A DNA stretch of 64,000 nucleotides from Pseudomonadota bacterium (GTDB taxonomy: Bacteria > Myxococcota > JACRCW01 > JAFGSX01). The stretch spans positions 224,001 to 288,000 of the forward strand of contig JBDRCO010000037.1 of NCBI GenBank assembly GCA_043821645.1, read 5' to 3'. Positions 17,631 to 25,499 of the stretch are shown here, piece by piece (the first letter of the stretch is position 1; each line of letters begins with the position of its first letter). A model generated the notes under the pieces. It searched no databases and was not told the origin of the DNA. It was given only the letters and a program-made list of their open reading frames with translations. The translations under genes were made by a program, and so were the position numbers.

Positions 17631-19826
17631 ATGCGTGTCGTCATAGCCAGCGTGCCCTTTGCCACTCCCTTTGCTCCGGCCCTCGGTGGTCCCCTGGTGG
17701 CCGCCGAGTTCGAGGCGCAAGGCGTTGAGGCCAGGGTTGTCGACGGGTCCCTGCTGTGTCTGGAGAGCCTGTGGTCGCCGGACTGCCTGCGCAGGGGTAT
17801 CGAACACCTGCGCGATCAACTGGGTCACCTCGAGCGGCACGACACGCTGTCGCGCGCCGCCTTCGCCGGCTACCAGGAAGCCACCCGCGCCGTGCTCGGT
17901 GCACAGCAGGTCCTTGCCCAGGTCGGGGGCGCACTGGCGACACTTCGAGGCCACGGAACGGGCGAGATCCCCGAGCCGGCCACCTATGATCGCGCGCTCG
18001 GGATCGTGCAGGCAGCCCTCGGCCTGGCCTCGGCGCCTTTCTGGCCCGAGCAGGTCTCCCTGCACCGGTACCGTCCCCCGGCTCCGCTGCGCAGCGTCGA
18101 CGATCTGCTGCGCCATGCGCGCAGACCTGTGGCCGAAAGCTTGTTTGGCGAGGCCCTGAACTCCATCGTCACCGCGGCGGTGCTTGAGGACGGTGGGCCC
18201 GGGCCGGATCTGGTGGGCCTCTCGATCACTTTCCCCGAGCAGCTCGGACCCGCGGCCATGCTCGGGCGCTGTCTGCGCGAGCGTGGCTTTCGCGGTCACA
18301 TTGCCTGGGGCGGCGCTCTCATGGCACACCTGGCTGACGATCTGCTGCGTGCGACGCCGCTGCTGCAGGCGGGTCTCGTCGACGTCATTGTGCCCCATCC
18401 CGGAATTCAACCCCTGCTGCGATGGCTCGAGGCGGGATCGTCCACGATACCCGTGGCTGGAGCCCTGGTGCCAGGGCAGCCCTGGGTGCCCGGGACCCTC
18501 GACGTCCACGAACACGCGCGCTGGGTCGAGGCCATGCCCACGCCTCGCTTCGACGATCTGCCGCTGGATCGCTACCTCAGCCCACGCCCCGTGCTGCCCC
18601 TGCTGACGACGCTGGGCTGCTACCACCAGCGCTGCACCTTCTGCGATCACTTTCACTCCGTCTGTCGTTACCGGCCGCGATCCGTGAACCATGTTCTGCG
18701 CGACCTGCGTGTCCTTCACGAACGCTTCGCGTGCCGCGACATCTACCTCGTCGACGACTGCACACCACCCCGGATGCTGCGCCAGCTCGCCCAGGGGCTC
18801 CTGCAGTGGCGTGACGACGGGGGTCCCGAGCTTGGATGGATCACCGAGTGCCGCGCCGAGCGCGCGCTCCTGGCAGAGGGTCTGCTCACAGATCTCGGGC
18901 GAGCCGGCTGCCGCATGCTGCTGTTCGGTCTGGAGTCCGCCGACGACGGGGTCCTCGAGGCCATGGGCAAGGGCACGGACAGCGCGACCCTGAGTGCGGT
19001 GCTGCGGGCGGTTCACGCCGCTGGCATCGGCACGTGGTGCTTTTACATGGTTGGCTACCCCGCCGAGGACCCTGTGGCGGCCCAGGTCACCCAGGATTTT
19101 CTGGCCGCCCACGCCGAGGTGGTGGACGTGCTGGCAGGCGGACCCTTCGTGGTCACGCGACACGCCCCGGTGGCCCTGGATCCGGGGCGGCATGGCGTCC
19201 GGCTCGTCGGCGAGCGCGCCTCGGGATCCCGCAAGGCTCCGCCTCCTCGTCTCGACCTGCTGCTGCCGCACCAGGGCGGCCGGATGAGCGAGGCCCAGCA
19301 GGGGCGTGTGCTGCGCGCGCTGCTCGAGGACCCGCACCTGCAGCACTACCGGCACCCGCTGGTGGTCGAGGCGCATACCCTGTTCCTGGACCGTCGCTAC
19401 TACCACCAGCACGACCTGCGGCCTCCTTCCGCAGCTTCATCCCCACCCTCGGCGTCCACGGACGTCTGGCGTGCCTGTCTCGTCGAGCCGGTACCAGACC
19501 TCAGCGTGCAATACTTTCGCTTCCCCACCCAGGCCAGCCGCGTGCCATCGGCAGGCAAGATCACACAGGCTCCGACCGCGGTGCTTTTCGACCTGGCCCG
19601 GGGGCGTTCACTCGAGGTCACGGTGCCGGTGGCCGCCCTGGTCGAACGCTGCCTGGCGGCGCCGCGAACCGTCGACGAGCACATCCATCACACCGTGGAG
19701 CTGGGGCAAGGGGACGACGCCGAGGTGGAGCAGGCGATCACGCAGCTGGTCGAGGCCGGTTTCCTCGTGGTCCAGCGCGAGCGGTCGGACTTGACACCGG
19801 GTACCAGTCCAGGGGAGACCCCATGA
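17631..19826 (+). CDS. Cobalamin-binding-type radical SAM protein with a C-terminal PqqD/winged-helix-like extension
   Basis: N-terminal B12-binding-like Rossmann segments (PDLVGLSITF..Q, WGG). PRFDDLPLDRY; GCYHQRCTFC; YLVDDC; LLFGLES...MGKG; YMVGYP. Confidence 0.85.
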   Translation: MRVVIASVPFATPFAPALGGPLVAAEFEAQGVEARVVDGSLLCLESLWSPDCLRRGIEHLRDQLGHLERHDTLSRAAFAGYQEATRAVLGAQQVLAQVGGALATLRGHGTGEIPEPATYDRALGIVQAALGLASAPFWPEQVSLHRYRPPAPLRSVDDLLRHARRPVAESLFGEALNSIVTAAVLEDGGPGPDLVGLSITFPEQLGPAAMLGRCLRERGFRGHIAWGGALMAHLADDLLRATPLLQAGLVDVIVPHPGIQPLLRWLEAGSSTIPVAGALVPGQPWVPGTLDVHEHARWVEAMPTPRFDDLPLDRYLSPRPVLPLLTTLGCYHQRCTFCDHFHSVCRYRPRSVNHVLRDLRVLHERFACRDIYLVDDCTPPRMLRQLAQGLLQWRDDGGPELGWITECRAERALLAEGLLTDLGRAGCRMLLFGLESADDGVLEAMGKGTDSATLSAVLRAVHAAGIGTWCFYMVGYPAEDPVAAQVTQDFLAAHAEVVDVLAGGPFVVTRHAPVALDPGRHGVRLVGERASGSRKAPPPRLDLLLPHQGGRMSEAQQGRVLRALLEDPHLQHYRHPLVVEAHTLFLDRRYYHQHDLRPPSAASSPPSASTDVWRACLVEPVPDLSVQYFRFPTQASRVPSAGKITQAPTAVLFDLARGRSLEVTVPVAALVERCLAAPRTVDEHIHHTVELGQGDDAEVEQAITQLVEAGFLVVQRERSDLTPGTSPGETP

Positions 19827-19879
19827 AGGAGCCACAGAGACAGCAGGTGCGGTCTCTGGCCACAGCAGAGGAGGATCGC

Positions 19880-20104
19880 ATGCCCGAGGCCATCATCATC
19901 TACGGCAAGGACAGCTGACCCTACACCTCGGACGCCCGTGAGGCGTTCGCCAGCCAGGGCCGCCAGGTCGAATACCACGATGTCACGCGCGACCGTGGGC
20001 AGCTGCAGGCCATGCTCAAGGCCTCTGGCGGCCGTCGCCAGGTGCCCGTCCTCGTCGACGCGGGCAAGGTGACCATAGGCTACGGCGGCTCCTGAGGCGT
20101 GTGA
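19880..20104 (+). CDS. Glutaredoxin-like double-selenocysteine protein, Uxx-star type (74 aa; U13 and U72)
   Basis: SD GAGGAGG then ATG. Reading UGA as Sec gives MPEAIIIYGKDS-U-PYTSDAREAFASQGRQVEYHDVTRDRGQLQAMLKASGGRRQVPVLVDAGKVTIGYGGS-U-GV*. UPYT occupies the glutaredoxin CPYC position and the cis-Pro motif QVPV is present. A hairpin follows each UGA. Confidence 0.88.
19930..19948 (+). promoter_or_regulatory. Putative bacterial SECIS hairpin for UGA 19916-19918
   Basis: GGACGCC-CGTGA-GGCGTTC, a 7-bp stem with a G-containing loop starting 11 nt after the UGA. Confidence 0.65.
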
Positions 20105-20110
20105 GCACAA

Positions 20111-20128
20111 GATCCGCGGTCGCGGATC
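20111..20128 (+). promoter_or_regulatory. Putative bacterial SECIS hairpin for UGA 20093-20095
   Basis: GATCCGC-GGTC-GCGGATC, a perfect 7-bp stem starting 15 nt after the UGA; no U-tract. Confidence 0.55.
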
Positions 20129-21128
20129 AGGTCGTCCCGGGGACGGGGTTGGCAAACAGCTCGACACCGCCACCGGTGTGCCAGAACACCACGGTCTCGT
20201 CGGCGGCGATGCGCTCCTGCTCGAGGTAGTCCAGCAGCGCAGCCGCTGCCTTGCCGGTGTACACGCGATCGAGAAAGATCCCCTCGAGGCGCGCGAACAC
20301 CTCGATCGCATCCAGGGTCTCCGCCGTGGGCACGCCGTAGCCCTCTCCAACGTAGCCGTCGTCGACGCGGACGTCGCGGGCGCTGACCCGGGTACCGGTG
20401 AGCCGCGCAGCCTTCTGGGCCAGCATGAAGACATCGTTGGCCAGACCGAGCTGATCGCTGGCCACCGAGATGCCCGTCACCCGTCCTGACCATCCGGCCA
20501 GGGCGCGCCCGACCACCAGTCCCGCCTGGGTGCCGCCGGTGCTCGAGGCCAGGACGATGTGATCACAGGTGTCGCGCAGGCGCTTGAAGTCGCGCATCAG
20601 CTCGCCGAATCCTGCCACGTAGCCCAGCACGCCCACCGCCGAGGACCCGCCGAGGGGCATGACGTACACGTGTCGGCCGCGCGCTCGCAGCACCTCCGCC
20701 AGATCCACCGCAGCCTGCTCCCAGTCGTCCCAGTCCTCGGAATCGCAGAACTTGAGCTGGGCGCCCAGGATCTCGTCGAGGATCAGGTTGCCCGAGGGTC
20801 GGGCCGGAGGGGTGCCGCCGAGCACCAGGTAGCAGTCCATCTCGGCGCGCGCGGCAGCGGCGGCGGCCATGCGGCAGAAGTTGGACTGCACGGCGCCGAC
20901 GGCGATCAGGGTGTCGGCGCCGGCGCGCTGGGCATGTGCCATCAGGAACTCGAGCTTGCGCGCCTTGTTGCCACCGAAGGCAAAGCCCGTGAGATCGTCC
21001 CGCTTGCAGAACAGCCGGCAGCCGTAGAGGCGGCTCAGGCGGCTCAGGGGGGTCAGGGGGGTGGGCAGTTGAGCCAGGGACACCCTGGGATGCTGGGCCA
21101 GAAGCTGCTCGAACTGGGCCGGTTCCAT
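20127..21128 (-). CDS. dcyD: D-cysteine desulfhydrase family PLP enzyme (ACC deaminase/DcyD superfamily)
   Basis: PTPL, KRDDLTG.AFGGNKARKLEF (PLP Lys), QSNFCR, SSTGGTQAGL, DRVYTGKA, WHTGG. Thr at the positions where true ACC deaminases have Glu/Leu. Confidence 0.85.
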   Translation of the reverse strand: MEPAQFEQLLAQHPRVSLAQLPTPLTPLSRLSRLYGCRLFCKRDDLTGFAFGGNKARKLEFLMAHAQRAGADTLIAVGAVQSNFCRMAAAAAARAEMDCYLVLGGTPPARPSGNLILDEILGAQLKFCDSEDWDDWEQAAVDLAEVLRARGRHVYVMPLGGSSAVGVLGYVAGFGELMRDFKRLRDTCDHIVLASSTGGTQAGLVVGRALAGWSGRVTGISVASDQLGLANDVFMLAQKAARLTGTRVSARDVRVDDGYVGEGYGVPTAETLDAIEVFARLEGIFLDRVYTGKAAAALLDYLEQERIAADETVVFWHTGGGVELFANPVPGTT

Positions 21129-21290
21129 GTGTGCCTCGGATTCGGGTCGCATCTTAGGCAGCGGACGACGTTGTCACCAGGGGAGAGCGGTCGGTGATCT
21201 CCGAGCAGTGGGTTGGCTTTTTTTATAGAATCCTATTTTTCGAGGGTGTCATATATCTGTATGATATAACAAGAGAATAAACCGCTCATG

Positions 21291-21319
21291 TTGACATTCG
21301 GACCCCCACTTGCTACGTC
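21291..21319 (+). promoter_or_regulatory. Putative sigma70 promoter upstream of the Fic gene
   Basis: Consensus TTGACA, 17-nt spacer, weak -10 TACGTC; AT-rich upstream region. Confidence 0.45.
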
Positions 21320-21330
21320 GCGGCCCATGT

Positions 21331-21378
21331 TTTTGGCTGTGATCGCCAGATAAGAACACGCTTTTGAGTGTGATCGCC
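21331..21378 (+). repeat. 17-bp imperfect direct repeat TTTTG(GC/AG)TGTGATCGCC, 31-bp period
   Basis: Copies at 21331-21347 and 21362-21378; core GTGATCGC occurs again at 21422-21429. Confidence 0.6.
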
Positions 21379-21577
21379 CCTGTGGCGAGTGGCGGTCGGG
21401 GTGGACGCGTTGGCAGCGGGGGTGATCGCGACAGCGACCCAGGTTCGGAACGGCCAGAATCGTTGAGGCTGCTTGTGCAACTGCGCCGCGCCCTCTGCGG
21501 GGGGGCGGGCCCACAACACGAGCGCGGGATCCGGGTGTACCGAGGAGGTCCCGACGCTTGCAGTGAGTGAGCGCACG

Positions 21578-22363
21578 ATGATGGAAGAGCTCGATTTCCG
21601 TTCACGCTACATGGAGCTGGATGACAAGACCGACGAACTGAAGGAGTGGATTGACGAGTACGGTCCGCGCTGTTGCGAGTTCAGCGAGCACTTCGAGATC
21701 TCGTGGATCTACCACGAGAATGCCCTCGAGGGCGTGGTGCTGACCTACCACGAGATCAAGGCGGCCATCGACCAGAAGATCATCAGCGACGTCAATCTGA
21801 TCTCGACCTACCAGGAGATCAAGAACCAGAAAGAAGCTGTCGAGTTCGTGCGCCGCGCCGCCGGCAACAAGCGCACACGCATCAATCTCGAGTTCATCAA
21901 GAAGCTGCACGGCATCCTGTGCAATGACGTCGAGGGCAGCGAGGTGGGTCGATATCGCCGCGACATTCCGCTGCACCGCACGTACTTCCACGAGATCACC
22001 CAGCCGGCCAAGATCGCGCCGCGCCTCGCACAGCTCCTGCAGGGCGCCAACAGCAATGACTTCCGGCGCTGGCACCCGATCAAGCAGGCCGCGGCCTTTC
22101 ATCACGAGTTCATGCAGATCTTCCCCTTCTCGGAGCACTCGGGAATGGTCGGCCGCATGCTCATGAACTACTACCTGATGCGCGCTGGCTACATGCCGGC
22201 GGTGATCCACTCTGTCGACCGGCAGCGGTACTACGAGAGCCTGCGCGGTGTGCCGCGCGCCCTGCGGGAGCTCATCGTGGATTCGATGGACAATTCCCTC
22301 GAGAGCGGGATTCGCTACCTGCACGAGCTGGTGCAGGGACCCCAGAGCATGAGCGCCCAGTAA
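21578..22363 (+). CDS. Fic/Fido-domain protein with a degenerate catalytic motif
   Basis: YHENALEG (inhibitory-helix position), IKKLHGIL, GRYRR, HPIKQAAAFHHEFMQIFPFSEHSGMVGRMLMN, RQRYYESL. Confidence 0.85.
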   Translation: MMEELDFRSRYMELDDKTDELKEWIDEYGPRCCEFSEHFEISWIYHENALEGVVLTYHEIKAAIDQKIISDVNLISTYQEIKNQKEAVEFVRRAAGNKRTRINLEFIKKLHGILCNDVEGSEVGRYRRDIPLHRTYFHEITQPAKIAPRLAQLLQGANSNDFRRWHPIKQAAAFHHEFMQIFPFSEHSGMVGRMLMNYYLMRAGYMPAVIHSVDRQRYYESLRGVPRALRELIVDSMDNSLESGIRYLHELVQGPQSMSAQ

Positions 22364-22385
22364 AGCGCGCCCGACGCCCCCTGGA

Positions 22386-23558
22386 TCAAAAAGCAAATCG
22401 ATAGCCGATCGCTGCCCGCGGCCCGAGCACGCGCGTGCGCATGGCGCGCCGCGGATCGGCATCGGAACGCGCCTCGGCATCGGGCGCATACAGGAAGCCC
22501 AGCTCCGCGGTGAGGGCGCCGAACGAGGTGTCCAGACCGCTGGTCAGCGCGCCACCTGCACACCACCCGAGCCCGGCCAGCCCGGTCTCGATGCGCCGCG
22601 CGTCCCCGCCGCGTAGCAGCACTTCCTCGACGAGACTGCCGAAGTAGGGGACGACGCCTCCGTCGACCCGCGCCCCCAGGAACCAGCGACCCGCGCCGGT
22701 GTCGACGCGGAGAGCCTCACCCTCGACAAACAGGACCACGGGGATCAGGTGCAAGGTCAGGAGGACCTGGGTGGGTGCCACCACGGGATTCATCACTGCA
22801 CTGGCCAGGTTCAGGCCGTAGCCGACGCGCAGGCCGGCAGAGAGCCTCTCGTCGAGAAACGGAGGAAAGTAGCGAAGCGACAGCTCGACCCCCGGAACGC
22901 CCAGGCCGAAGGCGACGCCGAGCTCGACACCGACATATCTCGTGGGCTGGTAGGGTGCCGACGCCGAGACCGTGGCGCTGCCCCCTGGGGTGGTCGCGGG
23001 CGAGGGTGTCGTGCTCCTGGTCGGGGAGGGTGCCGCGCTCTCTGCCGGCGGCGGGCTCAGGGACACCAGATCCGGTACCATGGCGTCGTCGTTGACGTCG
23101 GGGCCCGGGGCGTCGGAGGCCGAAACCTCCACCGCCGTGACGGCCAGCACCACCTGATCCACGTCCTCGGTCGGCGACTTGACCTCGATGGTGAAGCGCC
23201 GCGTTCCCGGCGGAATATCCGCCACGGCGACCAGCGGGCGGGTCAGCTTGCCTCCCCGCGCTCGCCTGTCCTCGGACAGCACCTGGCTCTGGTCGAGCAG
23301 GACCTGGCGGTCCGCCTTGACCCGCAGCTGCAGTTGCGCGCGGTTGCGGTCTTTCTTAAGCCGGGCGCGCACAGCGATCTCCACTGTGGCCGGAGGCTCG
23401 ACGTCGAAGATCAGCGCCTTGCCCGAATAGACAACATAGGGTCGCCTATCCCCGGAATGATCGATGACAGCGGGTGTCAGGCTCGCCCGCGGGGTCACCG
23501 TGCCTGGTGCTGCACTGGCGGTCGTGGCGAGGGCCAGAAGCATGGGGATCAAGATCAT
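22386..23558 (-). CDS. Secreted protein with a Pro/Thr linker and probable C-terminal outer-membrane beta-barrel
   Basis: Signal peptide LLALATTASA; PST-rich linker; alternating hydrophobic strands; ends YRFAF with terminal Phe. Confidence 0.65.
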   Translation of the reverse strand: MILIPMLLALATTASAAPGTVTPRASLTPAVIDHSGDRRPYVVYSGKALIFDVEPPATVEIAVRARLKKDRNRAQLQLRVKADRQVLLDQSQVLSEDRRARGGKLTRPLVAVADIPPGTRRFTIEVKSPTEDVDQVVLAVTAVEVSASDAPGPDVNDDAMVPDLVSLSPPPAESAAPSPTRSTTPSPATTPGGSATVSASAPYQPTRYVGVELGVAFGLGVPGVELSLRYFPPFLDERLSAGLRVGYGLNLASAVMNPVVAPTQVLLTLHLIPVVLFVEGEALRVDTGAGRWFLGARVDGGVVPYFGSLVEEVLLRGGDARRIETGLAGLGWCAGGALTSGLDTSFGALTAELGFLYAPDAEARSDADPRRAMRTRVLGPRAAIGYRFAF

Positions 23559-23640
23559 GGCTCATCCTATCGCGAGCGCGCTCCGTGGCCAACGCACAGA
23601 GGTTCTGGCACGGCCGTCCGCGCGGTCTCGACGGCGCACC

Positions 23641-23670
23641 TTGACACGCCCGAAAGGGCCACGGTATTCA
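23641..23670 (+). promoter_or_regulatory. Putative sigma70 promoter for the TPR gene
   Basis: TTGACA-18 nt-TATTCA. Confidence 0.4.
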
Positions 23671-23886
23671 CACACATCTCGAGCCTGCGGGGCGGGGCGG
23701 CTGCGCCGGGATCCAGGAGGTGTTCGGGCCTCAAGTTCCTGGAGTATGCTCGGCACATCGCGGCACAGCGGGAGCCGGGCAGGGGGACCTGTGGTGGGTC
23801 GTCCTTGACGAGCAAGGGCGACGGGACCAGCCACGGGATGCACGTGGGCCGGCAAGCCGGTACACGCCAGCGCGGAGAGCGAATTC

Positions 23887-25494
23887 ATGGCAGAACAAAC
23901 CGGTAGCAGCACGGACCGCGATCGCTCGGATCAGGGCATCCTCGACGAGCCCTACAGTGCGGGCGACGAGCTACGCAAGAAGGGCCGCGAATCGCCGTTC
24001 CGGGCGGTGCTGCACGTGGCCATCGTGCTGGTGCTGTGCGTTGTCGGTGCCGCGATCTACTGGAGCTACGTCCAGGACAGCAAGAAGATCACGGAGCTGG
24101 TCAAGGAGGCGCGCGATCTGCAGAAGGCCGATGACTACGCCTCGCTGCTCAAGGCGCGGGCCAAGTTCATGGATGCCATCGCCATCCGCGAGGACGCCCG
24201 TGCGATCGGGGGTGTGGCCGCGGTGGACACCAGCCTGCTCGAGCTTCATGGCATCGAAAAAGCCGGTGACATTGACGTCAAGGCCGAGGCCCAGAAGTAC
24301 ACGGCCCTGGCCACGGAGCTCGACGTTCCAACGGGAGACCGCTTTGCCGCCGAGGCCTACCTGATGATCTACCAGGGCAAGCCCGACGAGGCCGAGAAGT
24401 ACCTGCGCGGCGTGCTCGAGCGCGGCGCGGCCGATCCCAGATTGCTCGATGCCGTGGGCCTGGCGCTGATGGTGCAGGGCAAGACCCGGGATGCGCGCGA
24501 GGCCTTTCGCAAGGCCATTGACCTGTCCGCCGGCGCCCCGCGCTACGCCGCTGCCATGGGCGACGCTTACTTCCGGGACGGGGAGTATGCCAACGCCTGG
24601 ACCTTCTACAATCGCGCTGCCGTGGCCAACGCCGAGCACGCCAAGGGCCGCATCGGCAAGCTGCTCGCCAAGGCCAAGCAGGGCGGCAAGCTCAAGGTCT
24701 TTGCGGAGCAGCTGCAGCAGGTCCTCGACGAGCCCGCCGAGCGACTCTCGCCCAAGGATCGCAACTTTGCCGAATACGCTGCGGCCGAGGTGGCACTAGG
24801 CCGAGGGCGCCGCGATGAAGCCCAGAAGTTCGTCGACACGGCGCTGGCCCGCGACAAGAACGACGCTCGCCTGCACTACCTCAAGGGCCGCATCCTCGCC
24901 GAGGAGAGCAAGGTCGACGAGGCGCTGCGAGACTTTGACGAGGCCATCAAGCTCGACCCCTACACGGCGGCCTACTACTTCGACATCGCCGAGATCCTGC
25001 GCGATGCCGGCCGTCCCTCCGAGGCCGTGGATCGTATCCGGCTGTACGGCCAGAAGAACTACCAGTCCGACGAGTACAAGCTGAAGCTGGGCATGGCGCT
25101 CGTCGATAAGGGAGACCTCGCCGAGGCCGAGGATATCTTCAAGAAGATGGTCGAGGCCGACGAATATGACGCCGACGCGCTGTTTGGGCTCGGCTATGTC
25201 TTCGAGGCGCAAAAGAAGTGGGAGCCTGCGCGGGAGGCCTATGGGACCGCGGACCAGCGTCGGCAGGGTTGGGGCGATCCGTGGCTGCGCATGGGCCATG
25301 TGGCCCTGGGCGAGGGCGACGCGGGAACGGCGCGTGAGTATTTTGACGAGGCCATCAAGCGCTACGAGAAGACCGGAGCATCGCGCAAGGCACGGGCCAA
25401 GGCCTGGATCGGCGTTGCCATGACCTGGGAGAAGGAAGGCAAGGCCAAGCCTGCGGCCAAGGCTCGCGATACCGCCGAGAAGCTCCTGAAATAA
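23887..25494 (+). CDS. Membrane-anchored tetratricopeptide-repeat protein
   Basis: Single TM segment (VLHVAIVLVLCVVGAAIYW) followed by about 10 TPRs (e.g. ALRDFDEAIKLDP, ALFGLGYVF). Confidence 0.85.
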   Translation: MAEQTGSSTDRDRSDQGILDEPYSAGDELRKKGRESPFRAVLHVAIVLVLCVVGAAIYWSYVQDSKKITELVKEARDLQKADDYASLLKARAKFMDAIAIREDARAIGGVAAVDTSLLELHGIEKAGDIDVKAEAQKYTALATELDVPTGDRFAAEAYLMIYQGKPDEAEKYLRGVLERGAADPRLLDAVGLALMVQGKTRDAREAFRKAIDLSAGAPRYAAAMGDAYFRDGEYANAWTFYNRAAVANAEHAKGRIGKLLAKAKQGGKLKVFAEQLQQVLDEPAERLSPKDRNFAEYAAAEVALGRGRRDEAQKFVDTALARDKNDARLHYLKGRILAEESKVDEALRDFDEAIKLDPYTAAYYFDIAEILRDAGRPSEAVDRIRLYGQKNYQSDEYKLKLGMALVDKGDLAEAEDIFKKMVEADEYDADALFGLGYVFEAQKKWEPAREAYGTADQRRQGWGDPWLRMGHVALGEGDAGTAREYFDEAIKRYEKTGASRKARAKAWIGVAMTWEKEGKAKPAAKARDTAEKLLK

Positions 25495-25499
25495 AGCGG

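Noticed and set aside
18836-19918. 360-aa ORF in the track ending ...MPEAIIIYGKDS
   Set aside because: Mostly an alternative frame inside the radical SAM gene; only its last codons are real and belong to the selenoprotein, where the apparent stop is the Sec codon.
20127-21128. ACC deaminase (acdS) call
   Set aside because: Has VYTGK and HTGG rather than the VYEGK and HLGG signatures of true ACC deaminases.
21578-22363. Fic gene as part of a toxin-antitoxin or defence island
   Set aside because: No adjacent antitoxin or mobile genes, degenerate active site and host-like composition.
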